Program-made: the position numbers and the translations under genes
Assembly: GCF_902652985.1 (NCBI RefSeq)
Contig: NC_047019.1
Span: 20,956,001 to 21,020,000, forward strand
DNA length: 64,000 bases
From: Pecten maximus
Taxonomy: Eukaryota
Reading direction: 5' to 3'
Part shown: positions 13,659 to 26,035 of the stretch, in pieces
Position numbering within the stretch: the first letter of the stretch is position 1
Layout: the number at the start of each line of letters is the position of its first letter
Notes under the pieces: generated by a model
Told to the model about the DNA's origin: nothing
Database searches by the model: none
What the model saw: the letters and a program-made list of their open reading frames with translations, nothing else

Positions 13659-14544
13659 TTGGCACAACTAGACGATCGGTTTACTAAATAGCATGATAAC
13701 AATTCCTTTAATATCATTCATTTCCGGTGCCAAGTGTTGGACTATGCAGATTGTGGAGGTACTTGATTGATGTGTCCAAATCGAATAGATAGTTAATAAA
13801 GTTCAAGCAAATGTGTGTTTTGGAATAATTCATATATCACTGTCTTTAAATATTTATTGCTATCGACATCAGTAATGGATATGATATAGGAGCAAAATCA
13901 AAGAAAAACAACCTACTTGCTGTGTACAGTATACAACACGTGATCTTTCCATGGTTATACTAAACAAAAATGAAACATGTGATAATAACAAGAATTACAT
14001 CTAGACGATACATTATAAGCCAAAAAAAATTAGCATCAATTTGAACAAGGATCAAAGTACCCCAATATTAAAGGCACGCATGCGTTTGTAAGGCTTCGTC
14101 TTTTTCCTTATCTTTCAGAAACATTTAAACAAACGCAAAACACATATCATTTGTATTGGTTAGGTAATGAATCACTCTAGGTGCGTGGGTGACAAACCAG
14201 ATGTATGCTGAGGTCACGTGATACAAAGGTCACATTAATGACATATAGGTACGACATGCGGACTAGAGAGCACATATATTACGACTTTACAGAAAAGGCC
14301 ACGATAGGGAACATCTACAGGGACTGTTAACATACAAAATAAATCTATTCTACACGACAAACATTTGTAAAAAGTGGAGTATTAAATACGATATGTTATA
14401 GCCAGGTGGTGCCTAGTTTTTCACGTAGTAAAACACTGGGTGTAAGTTTGGAGAAGAAGTCTTCCATCAGTATGTTTAACAACACTTCCGCCAGATAAAT
14501 GAGGTTGATTGTTATATATAAGAATAGGTAGAACATTAAGTCGG

Positions 14545-15484
14545 CAACACAAATGACACCAGCTCACCCTTACCTCCAACACAAATGACACCAGCTCACC
14601 CTTACCTCCAACACAAGTGACACCAGCTCACCCTTACCTCCAACACAAATGACACCAGCTCACCCTTACCTCCAACACAAATGACACCAGCTCACCCTTA
14701 CCTCCAACACAAATGACACCAGCTCACCCTTACCTCCAACACAAATGACACCAGCTCACCCTTACCTCCAACACAAATGACACCAGCTCACCCTTACCTC
14801 CAACACAAATGACACCAGCTCACCCTTACCTCCAACACAAATGACACCAGCTCACCCTTACCTCCAACACAAATGACACCTAGCTCACCCTTACCTCCAA
14901 CACAAGTGACACCAGCTCACCCTTACCTCCAACACAAATGACACCAGCTCACCCTTACCTCCAACACAAATGACACCAGCTCACCCTTACCTCCAACACA
15001 ATTGACACCAGCTCACCCTTACCTCCCAACACAAATGACACCAGCTCACCCTTACCTCCAACACAAGTGACACCAGCTCACCCCTACCTCCAACACAAAT
15101 GACACCAGCTCACCCTTACCTCCAACACAAATGACACCAGCTCACCCTTACCTCCAACACAAGTGACACCAGCTCACCCTTACCTCCAACACAAATGACA
15201 CCAGCTCACCCTTACCTCCAACACAAATAACACCAACTCACCCTTACCTCCAACACAAGTGACACCAGCTCACCCTTACCTCCAACACAAGTGACACCAG
15301 CTCACCCTTACCTCCAACACAAATGACACCAGCTCACCCTTACCTCCAAAACAAATGACACCAGCTTACCCTTACATGTACCTCCAACACAAATGACACC
15401 AGCTCACCCTTACCTCCAACACAAATGACACCAGCTCACCCTTACCTCCAACACAAATGACACCAGCTCACCCTTACCTCCAAC
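14545..15484 (+). repeat. 32-bp minisatellite (ccaacacaaatgacaccagctcacccttacct), ~29 units
   Basis: Period 32 read directly; minus strand carries GAG|GTAAGG in each unit. Confidence 0.97.
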
Positions 15485-17559
15485 GTTCGTGTTCCCTTTG
15501 ACAAGTTTATCAGGTGAGAGTCGCCTATCGGTTTACCTCTGTATAGTACTGGCACTGTGTCTCTCCAGGCTTCGACAGAAAGCGATAATCATAATCTGGC
15601 GAATTTATAAAACAAATTGTAGAAAAAAAGCAATGATTGATATCAGGTTTAGTATATAACTGTAATTAGTGAAAAACTAATGGTGTGTATTAATGACCTG
15701 GCTACTGATTCGTCTGATTCTGAGGTATGTTGATTTAATGATATCAGGGGGAAATGAAAGCGGAACATGCTTCATTTATCTCATTAACTATAATTTGTAA
15801 TAATGACATTTATTGAAGATAGTCATTTCGAAGATTAGAATAATTAGTAAGGGGTCGCAGTCTGTGATAACACATAGCTGTAATTTAATCAAATACTACT
15901 AATAACTTCAAGACGACCTCCACTGCTAGTCACAAGGTCAAAATGAAAAATCCTATGTCACAACACACCAAAATCAATATGATAACAGTATTTATAGAAA
16001 AGAACATTTTTTAACATTATAATACTTTCACTGTGTGTTGGCTTTGTAGTAAAGAGATCGTAATTAATGTTGTGAAAGCGATTTATGCATGCGTATTGTA
16101 TGCAGATAATGGTTTGTCAATTTCAGCTGTTATTTTCGATCTGTTTGGTATGCAAGATTAGTAGTATATTTATATGCAACTTAAGTTAATACATGTATAC
16201 TGTGTCGCTATTCAAAGTATTCATTTTGATAGACTCAAAACAAAGCAATACAATTATGCCATGATGCCTCACCAATCATACTGTAACAATATACAGTAGA
16301 TCTGGTTCAAACAACAAGTCCCACACTATATATAAATGTTCCTCGACATTCTTTGATAACAATGGAGGAGAATATTACACCGTACCAAGAGGTTCACAGC
16401 CTCTTCGATTCGCGGAGGATAATCAAATAAATAGACCTTGCTTCAGTTTGTTTGGTAGGGAAATAAAGGAATATATATCTCTTGCTTAAAAATCATTGAC
16501 TAAATATATATTTTTTGGTACTGAAATATTTTATTTCGCGATTGTCACTCCTCGCGAATGTATGTTAAGAACCAAACACAGCCCATTAAAACTCGCATAG
16601 ATGTAGCACATGTCAGTCTAATGTCAACGCAAAATTTGTGTGTAACTTCCAAACCAGATCAGATCTGAATGGAAAGCCACGTCAAGCAATAGTTGGCAAA
16701 CTGTTGAAATACAGGCTTCAATTTGTCGTTACAGAGTAAACATGTTTGATCGTTGAGGATAGGAAAAACGATAAGCTGAAGATTAAAGGCGCTACCTTCT
16801 GTCAGAGTGGTGCCGGGCTTTGCACATTGTAAATAAGGTACACGGTCTTGGCGTGTTGGTTTGGATATTTACAGGTAACATAAATGACAGAGGTATATTT
16901 TTCTATGTTTCAGATATTACCATTTACTGTTTTAACAAGGTATTTTCATTTTTGGTTGGATGGTATTGTTTATTGTTGTTGATTTTTCATCAATGAAATA
17001 AAATACGCCTGCAATATTTTTAGTTCTTCACATATTCGAATATTTGCAATATGTAAACTTTTTCATTTTACAATAATTGCGAAACAAGTTATATCAGCCT
17101 GTATTAATCACACTTGTTGGCCTGGGTGGAAGCGCGAACGAGGGGTCTTAATGTGGGTGGTACCAATGTTCTTTGATGTTTCGAAACACACTTTGGAATA
17201 ATGTTTTTAAGAACAAATAGAATCGTTTGATATAATGCCTATCCTTCAGCATTGCATCTAGTACATTACAATGACACATGCGTCCAGACATTAAAGGGAT
17301 TAAGCAACTATACGTTACACAACACCAGCTATGTCTAGTATACAAGACGTGTTGTTGCCATGGTTATAACGATAACAGAGCTTTCTGTACATGCTAAATA
17401 CGGTATCAGTAAAAATCTAAGCAAATCTGGAAAATTACATGTCAGACTGTATCGATAAAACAATACGATAAAAACTATGTAGGGACCCGGGGAAAATACT
17501 TAGCCATGCTCCACAAGCATAGCTGTTACCCCTGGAAACTCGAGGACGAGTTCTTTCCT

Positions 17560-17731
17560 GGAGGGGGAGTATGTAACCCTGGTAAATACTAGCCGCAATA
17601 TACCTCTCGGCTAGAGAGATCTTCTCTTTAGCTCGATCGGTTGAGCGCAAGACTAGTAAGCCAGAGGTCCCGGGTTCGATCCCTAGCGGAGGCAGTAATT
17701 TGAATTTATCTAATTCCTGCGGTCTGTTACA
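17560..17731 (+). mobile_element. PPT plus tRNA-containing LTR, copy 2 (inside duplication A)
   Basis: Same structure offset by 4073 bp; LTR 17572-17731. Confidence 0.75.
17622..17694 (+). pseudogene. tRNA-Thr-derived sequence in LTR copy 2
   Basis: Same sequence as 13549-13621. Confidence 0.75.
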
Positions 17732-18622
17732 TTGGCACAACTAGACGATCGGTTTACTAAATAGCATGATAACAATTCCTTTAATATCATTCATTTCCGG
17801 TGCCAAGTGTCGGACTATGCAGATTGTGGAGGTACTTGATTGATGTGTCCAAATCGAAAAGATAGTTAATAAAGTTCAAGCAAATGTGTGTTTTGGAATA
17901 ATTCATATATCACTGTCTTTAAATATTTATGGCTATCGACATCAGTAATGGATATGATATAGGAGCAAAATCAAAGAAAAACAAACTACAACACTTGCTG
18001 TGTACAGTATACAACACGTGATCTTTCCATGGTTATACTAAACAAAAATGAAACATGTGATAATAACAAGAATTACATCTAGACGATACATTATAAGCCA
18101 AAACAAATTAGCATCAATTTGAACAAGGATCAAAGTACCCCAATATTAAAGGCACGCATGCGTTTGTAAGGCTTCGTTTTTTTCCTTATCTTTTAGAAAC
18201 ATTTAAACAAACGGAAAACACATATCATTTGTATTGGTTAGGTAATGAATCACTCTAGGTGCGTGGGTGACAAACCAGATGTATGCTGAGGTCACGTGAT
18301 ACAAAGGTCACATCAATGACATATAGGTACGACATGCGGACTAGAGAGCACATAAATTACGACTTTACAGAAAAGGCCACGATAGGGAACATCTACAGGG
18401 ACTGTTAACATACAGAATAAATCTATTCTACACGACAAACATTTGTAAAAAGTGGAGTTTTAAATACGATATTTTCTAGCCAGGTGGTGCCTAGTTTTTC
18501 ACGTAGTAAAACACTGGGTGTCAGTTTGGAGAAGAAGTCTTACATCAGTATGTTTAACAACACTCTCGCCGGATAAATGAGGTTGATAGTTATATATAAG
18601 AATAGGTAGAACATTAAGTCGG

Positions 18623-19113
18623 CAACACAAATGACACAAGCTCACCCTTACCTCCAAAACAAATGACACCAACTCACCCTTACCTCCAACACAAATGACA
18701 CCAGCTCACCCTTACCTCCAACACAAGTGACACCAGCTCACCCTTACCTCCAACACAAATGACACTAGCTCACCCTTACCTCCAACACAAGTGACACCAG
18801 CTCACCCTTACCTCCAACACAAGTGACACCAGCTCACCCTTACCTCCAACACAAATGACACCAGCTCACCCTTACCTCCAACACAAATGACACCAGCTCA
18901 CCCTTACCTCTAACACAAATGACACCAGCTCACCCTTACCTCCAACACAAGTGACACCAGCTCACCCTTACCTCCAACACAAATGACACCAGCTCACCCT
19001 TACCTCCAACACAAATGACACCAGCTCACCCTTACCTCCAACACAAATGACACCAGCTCACCCTTACCTCCCAACACAAATGACACCAGCTCACCCTTAC
19101 CTCCAACACAAAT
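18623..19113 (+). repeat. 32-bp minisatellite, ~15 units
   Basis: Same unit as 14545-15484. Confidence 0.97.
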
Positions 19114-19268
19114 CCTGATAAAGAGTGTAGAGTCAAAAATGAATCCACTGCATCACAGAGTCGTCCCGTCACTATGGGACTTGCCAGTGATGCCAAGGGT
19201 CTAAAGTGCTGATGCCTTAATAATGCATTCAAGGATTTGATTATTATATCAGGGATCCTTCTTTTGGC
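19101..19268 (-). other. Candidate 168-nt exon (coding or UTR status unknown)
   Basis: aatcag|GCC...GTGTTGGAG|GTAAGG; open in phase 0 (AKRRIPDIIIKSLNALLRHQHF...SGFVLE). Strong donor, weak acceptor tract, no recognised homology. Confidence 0.4.
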
Positions 19269-22200
19269 CTGATTGTGATTCCAAGACTAAGTTCCAATAT
19301 AGTGTGTGTCTACTGAATAACCATTCTAACTAAAAAGTACCACCAAAAGTTTCTTGTATCCACATATCGCGCATTCAATGACATTTATTTGTTGAAATAT
19401 AATGAAATAAAAAAATATATAACAACAGCTTCATAATGTATTCTTTAATTTTGAAGTTTGTAATTGGGGGATGGGGATTACTATAAGTCCACTAGAAAAC
19501 TGTAATGTATGTCAATAGTTGGTATAAATTGTATACCCTTATGTAATGTGTCGGCCAACTTTTAATTTGAGCTTTAAAAATGATGTAATTATAATATTAT
19601 ACATAGAACTTAAACATGTAAACAACTTCCACGAGTTTCATTTTATTAAATCTACAACAAAGGTGTTTTTGTTGTGCATGCATATACAATGACTTGCTCA
19701 CAGTGTATACGAAGAACTCATTGAGTGAAGTGTGTATTGAATAAACACCTACTTTATAAACATAATCATTAAATGTTATAACATCCGTCCTATTCACAAT
19801 AAACCCATTTAATGCTAGTCTAAGTTGATTTTTTAATATAGCGCCCATGCATACCACAATAAAGTTCTTTCACGTGAAATATATTATGTAAAGTGTGCAG
19901 AAATCAATTTTAGATTGTATACACCATTATAGAAGATTACGAAGTGTTTAAGATATGAAAATTCGAATATCAAGGTAAATATACTCCAAAACATAAATGT
20001 ACTTCCATTAATTGATCAAATCACACATGGGGAACAGATGTTCACCACGCCGTAAATGTCGGTGGGGACTGACTAGAACTGTCTTTGAACAATTCTTCCG
20101 GCCTTTTCATGATACCGAATGTCTAGGTCTATCTCTGTACATAACCTACAGCTATGGGTCATGAGGCAGACAAATAGATATTAGGTAGTAAGAGCTCAAA
20201 TTGCTCGTGATGATAATATCGTATATACATGTATTACAATACTGTCGTGCAATAAGTGTCGTAATACCCTATTATATTGTCCAAAACAATAACCCAGTAA
20301 CCCTTAAAAGAGACGATATTGTGTTCCCTATTGTTTCAAATGAAACGCCACAAGATCGACGACTTGGTGTAACAAGCTTCTAGTATATTGCAGTGTGACG
20401 TCACGAATATGGCATTTTATCGCACAAGTTATATTCATATGAAACTTTCCAAGATTATTATATTAGCTAGTCATACATGAAATATGTTTTACTTTTTATT
20501 TAAATTTGATACGAAATTTAAATTGAGATAGGATTGCCTATGCAGTACACTGTCAAAGTGGTTGTCGTGTGTTTAGTTCTAATTGAAACGAATATCCATG
20601 ATACAGGGAGTTCAAATAAGTACAGCCTGCACTGATTCAGTAAATATGACATTTTTCTGTTAAAACGTGTTCAGATTTAAAGTAGATTCAACAGGTAAAC
20701 GTAAATCAGTCCTCTTGTTGTACGACTATTTTGGAGAAATAGCATAATAGAAAAGTTCTTGATTGGAATATTGATCACAATTTTACCTTAAAAAAGTGAA
20801 ACTGTGGTCTTTCTCCAACAAATACCAGCACTGTCAGATTGATGCATGCACATGCCACATAAAATGTTCTCCGTGTCAATAAAAAATCTTAGCTGAGTTA
20901 ATATAAATATACGTTACCCTACATCAAAGAAAGTGTCGTAAATAATTCAAGCCATGGAGCCGAGGCAGGTGAGAGTTACATCTAAAAAGAAATCTGGAGA
21001 ACGGACACGGCATGCCGATATCCGGATTTTGACAGGATAGCTACTGGATGTATTATATTCAGGGAAGATTATAGATAACCAAACGCGCCGCTAATTCATT
21101 TAAAAACAAATCGTGTTGTAAGTTGTGAAGTACACCTCCTAGACACGATTGGTAGGTGCAGTAACGATACTCCCAGTAGGTTTAACACCTTACTTCTCAC
21201 ACTATCCTCAGTATCAAGACCCAACATTAAGCTATATCTCCCAAACATGAATCTTCTCCTTGTCAACGTATCTCTGAGAATTATTGTTAGAGCGTAACGA
21301 TTGGAATTTCATCAAAAACTATCACCGGTGTTAGGGGTTAATGAAGCTGGTAAAGTAGACAAAGAAATGATGACGTGGTTCATAACTAAGATACATATAG
21401 AAGGCAGAAAACAATATACAGTGTATAGCATTTCACACAAGCTTTCACGATTTAAGGACACACTCTGTTTGTATGTCTATTCTCTGTAACTATTTATCTA
21501 ACAGGTTTGTATAAATGACACATAAGCTATTAACACGTTCAATATACGAAGTAAGAGTTAGATACAATAGAGCTAATATGGACTAAACTTCACCATACTG
21601 CTGGTTTAGGCTTCTAGGACTCGTCAATGTTGATCAGAGAAGGCGATCAAAATTTTTACTCGAAATAGGTCGAAAGATATGTCGAAATCTGGATGGGAAG
21701 GTGTAAAAGACCAATACTTAAATGAACTTCGAAATGTTCTTCCTCGTACAATGTAACATTTAAACAAATCATAGATGTACCGCTACCAAGCATGGATGTT
21801 TGACAACATAAAGTTAATCAACGATAAGGTACATTGTATGTTCATTATTTATAATCTAACATAGAATCTTTTCATTAATCAACCAAGGAAAGACAACAAC
21901 GGGACACTCAGGCCTGAGAAAGACAAAACAAATGGAAAGACAGCTACAGAAAGACGTAGCAAATCTGTCCAAAACATATTGATTGTCATCACAAATTGGA
22001 CGTTTCTTCAGATAGAACTTACATGTAAGAATAAAAAAAAAATGGAGATCATAATTAACGCATACCACAAAATACATTTCCCATGAGTAAGACTCGTTTG
22101 TTTAAAGGTCATTTTTAAAGCTGAGCGAAGTAATTGAGCACATAGCGAAATGAAATATTCCTGGTTGTACAGTATATACGTGGCGTCTATTTCATTGGCG

Positions 22201-22769
22201 ATGTTATCCAGTCGTACCCTGGGCCAGAATACAGGGACTGACTGGGGTCCACTTACAATCCCACAAAGGAACCAGTTAGGTTTACCGATAACCGACAACT
22301 ATTATCTTAGAACTTAACACGTGAGACGATAAGTAAGGGGAATAAACTTGTTTCTAACTGTCTTCAATTCATTTATGACAATATTGTGTTTGTTCTAAAT
22401 CTAAGTCAAAGATTCTAACAAATACACAAATTTTGTCAATTAATGTTTTTGTTATTATCAGCACGAGGCGAACGTTTCATGTCGGATGATAATACCATAT
22501 AACTAAAATTCAGAGATATTTACAAAAATGAATAGTTAAGAATATACGTTAAATGTTATATGAAATTTATCTCAATATATTAGCACAAATTCATATGATT
22601 TGTCATTATGTTTATTTCGAAATGCATTCAAGCAATGCCTGCTGACACTGAAACAACTATAAGGAATAGTGACATTGAAATAAAACCGTACTTCTAATCA
22701 AAATCGAAAAACGATGGCAAGATATGAACTAAAAATCTATATTTACATGGAGATACTTGAAAAGTACAA

Positions 22770-22975
22770 GGGGGATAAGACCATTCATTCCACAAGGGCA
22801 AGCGTCTTCTGCTTCGTCAACGACACAGCCACATTTTAGGTCAAATCCGGCTTAAGTCATATTCTCTAAATGGGAACTACTGAGATGACAACGGAACCAC
22901 TAGGTATATCAACAAGCATCGAATACGTCTGACTTTATATCGCACTCGGAAGTCAGACATTTTCAACTGAAATTG
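22770..22975. repeat. Decayed interspersed repeat; related copies at ~24915-25045 and ~38385-38490
   Basis: Shared gtcaaatccg...gtca(t/c)attct...aaatg(g/a)gaact...ggaaccactag...tcaacaagcat...acgtctgacttta. Confidence 0.55.
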
Positions 22976-22997
22976 AGATATCGACCATCAAACATTC

Positions 22998-23078
22998 CGA
23001 TGGTCCCCGATGTTCCCCGATGATCCCCGATGGTCCCCGATTGTCACCGATGGTCCCCGATTGTCCTCATTGTCTCAC
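22998..23078 (+). repeat. 10-bp tandem repeat (gatggtcccc)
   Basis: Visible directly. Confidence 0.85.
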
Positions 23079-24529
23079 ATCTTCAGTCAGTAGCCAACAA
23101 CTCTCACGGAAATCGTGCTAATGAGAACAAATCCTTAACCATGGAATCAACTGGGACATGTAAACACCGTCAGTGGGAGAAGCAGGGGTGTTACTATCTA
23201 GAAATGGAAAAATTAACAATTAGGTCATTGAAATGACCGCGCTTATCATACAGCTTGGCTGTAAACTGTCACTACTGGTAACGTTGTAAGTAATGATCGA
23301 GGTATGCGCTTGATGTCCCTGGTGTCCAGTAGTGTCTATGTAGGTAATACATTCAATGATCATACAGAATATTCAACTTATCAAGATGTTGTCAAGCGAA
23401 GAATCTAAGTAACCCTAATGTAAGCTCGAATAGTCATAAATGTATAGTCAGTTCTGTAGTGATCACAAGACTTTTAAGGCCGTATTAAAATGATTTTTTC
23501 GCTATTTTCAAAGGTAGAATAAACTCACTTAAAATGGATATCTTGAAAATAAAAGTATTGCAGATTTTTACATCATGTTTCATTTTCCTTCGAACAACTT
23601 TGATTATACTAAAGGGACCATGAATTCCGGCTCACTTCTCTTTCAAACTCGAACTATCTTGAAGTTTCCACCAAGCCTTCGTCGTTTTGAATTACAACTG
23701 AAAAACTTATTACCGTGGTTGATAGTATTTACCAATATTTTCCTAATTCATCATGTTTTTAGAGATTACCACATGGCAGCATTTCAAGATGTCAGGTTTA
23801 AAATATGAATTTCTCTGTGTTGTAATAACATTCATGTTTCACTCGGGCAGAAATAATATAAATCTGTTCTGTTGCGTCATTCAGAGCACGTCTCGGGCTT
23901 AGCCGCAAAGCTACCTAGATATTTATAAACCAATTTGTCAGGTAAAACATCTTTATAAGCCGTTTAAGTATTCAAGATATCCAAAAGGGATTTATGAATC
24001 AAGAATAAAGGGGCTCAGGACTTCGTATTCCAGTAAGGCTGAAGTGTCACTGGGAGATCTCTGGTGTCCGCCATCAAAATTGAAATGTAGTTGTCCGATT
24101 TAAATCTCTTATATACAATTAATTTCGTTTCAGTTACTCCGTATAGGAAGTCTTTAATCCAATCTTATCCATGTGGAATAAATCCAAACAGGAAGATGTC
24201 TCACTTGTATTATTGCCTAATATCGCGGTATCTTCTATCACGTGTGTCATAACAAAAAAGGCATACTAATATCTCGGTCATTTTTTTAATGTTTACTAAC
24301 ATTCGTCAGTAACGAAATGAATGTAATAATTTGTCGACTTTAGCTGATAATAATGGTGCCCAAAGACTAACCCGTATATAGTGGAATAATCTAATAATAT
24401 AATCTCGATGATGTCTCCTTTCCTTGTCAAACATACAGATAAAACTGTATTCATGCAGATACAATGTGGTGTAAATGTACAGAACGTATGAATACGTCAA
24501 ATGATACGAATACAGTTTATTCAAATGGT

Positions 24530-24800
24530 TGACATTGTTGTCAAGGTAACGTTGTTGTCAAGGTAACATTGCTGTCAAGGTGACACTGTTGTCAATGTGA
24601 CATTGTTGTCAAGGTGACACTGTTGTCAATGTGACATTGTTGTCAAGGTGACACTGTTGTCAAGGTGGCACTGTTGTCAATGTGACATTGTTGTCAAGGT
24701 GACACTGTTGTCAATGTGACATTGTTGTCAATGTGACATTGTTGTCAAGGTGACACTGTTGTCAAGATGACACTGTTGTCAATGTGACATTGCTGTCAAG
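24530..24800 (+). repeat. 17-bp minisatellite (tgaca(c/t)tgttgtcaa(g/t)g) with an internal TGACA...TGTCA inverted repeat
   Basis: Visible directly, ~16 units. Confidence 0.92.
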
Positions 24801-26035
24801 TAAAAAGCAAGAGAATACCGACATCATTACAAAAACGTAATTCTACATATCATCGATAAAACGGGGCGAAATATAAACAAAAATCAAGATCTTCACAGAG
24901 GGAGCCTTGGAAAAGTCAAATCCGTGTAAAGTCACATTCTAAAAATGAGAACTAAGATGGTGGCAATGGAACCACTAGTCGTGTCAACAAGCATGAATCA
25001 CGTCTGACTTTATGTCGTAACAAGAAATAGAATATTTCCAAATGGGATCATGATAAAGCTTTCTGATGTCCTTCATCAACATGCATCTCTCAAATTTGTC
25101 ATGAAAATGATATCCCTAGCATTGAGTATCAAATTAGGACAGGATTGTATAGTTTGATTGTTTTCATTTCCAGCTTAGGTTCTAGGTGCGCATCCTGAGA
25201 CTACAGGGAATTAAGTGTCATCTAGATGATATATTGGTAAGTGAGAAATACGCCAGATATTATATCATGTGATTAATGGTTTTATTTGGATATGATTCCG
25301 GTAGTGTGTTTATGGCAGTTTGCCGCCCGACCCAGAGAAGGGTGTATAGCAGACAGGTCTCCAGGTACGAATCGATACAAACATACACTATCTACCTGTG
25401 TATCTATAATTATCATCACGTATCCCGCGTGATAGTGGGGTATAAGGAACGGAAGGAGAAAGCGATAGTAGAGGGGCCATATATGAAAATTATTATTGAG
25501 TTTAAAATATATGTCGTTGATATATGATATGTAATCTTATACCAAATGCAATGAAAAGATGTAACTATAACGTGCATGTTTAACGATAGTTCCCGATATC
25601 TTTTTTATATTCTGTATATTTCTAAATCACATGTGAACCATGGTACGTAAATTAAATTCGAAAGACAGACGAATTGAAATACGAAACATGTTTCAGTCTC
25701 AATATAAAATGTCTAAGCACGTAAAATCTTAATTACAAGTTACGTAACACAGACTAAAATACTACGGACACGGTTTCACATCGGCGTTAAGTAGTTCGAA
25801 CAGAGAGAAACTGAAGTAGGCGGTGAATAATGATTGGTTTAAGTGTATACCTGGACCAGGGGTCAGTAGAAAGTCGTTTATATCGTGAGTCTGATTCGAC
25901 ATGCACCTTAACATATTGGCTTTCCCTGTAAAGTTCTTTTCAAAGTGCGTGTAACCGTTAGGATCATATTGCATTGAATTATTTAAAAACTGGTTACTAA
26001 ATAACTTTTCCAATGGTCTCCGTGCAAATCTTTAC

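Larger units (their letters stand above)
11323..15484 (+). repeat. Tandem segmental duplication A, copy 1 (~4.1 kb)
   Basis: gttcgtgttccctttgacaag... at 11323 restarts at 15485; near-identical through to the 32-bp array. Confidence 0.95.
15485..19113 (+). repeat. Tandem segmental duplication A, copy 2
   Basis: Collinear with 11323-15484 with scattered SNPs and indels, a ~100-bp deletion (copy 1 ~12465-12566) and a shorter minisatellite. Confidence 0.95.

Noticed and set aside
13362-13667. 101-aa ORF identical in two copies (also 17435-17740)
   Set aside because: Antisense read of the LTR/tRNA element; identity reflects the duplication, not protein-level selection
13499-17731. One 4.2-kb LTR retrotransposon bounded by the two LTR copies
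   Set aside because: Both LTRs have the same upstream PPT and the same flanks because they lie in the larger tandem duplication; no gag/pol between them
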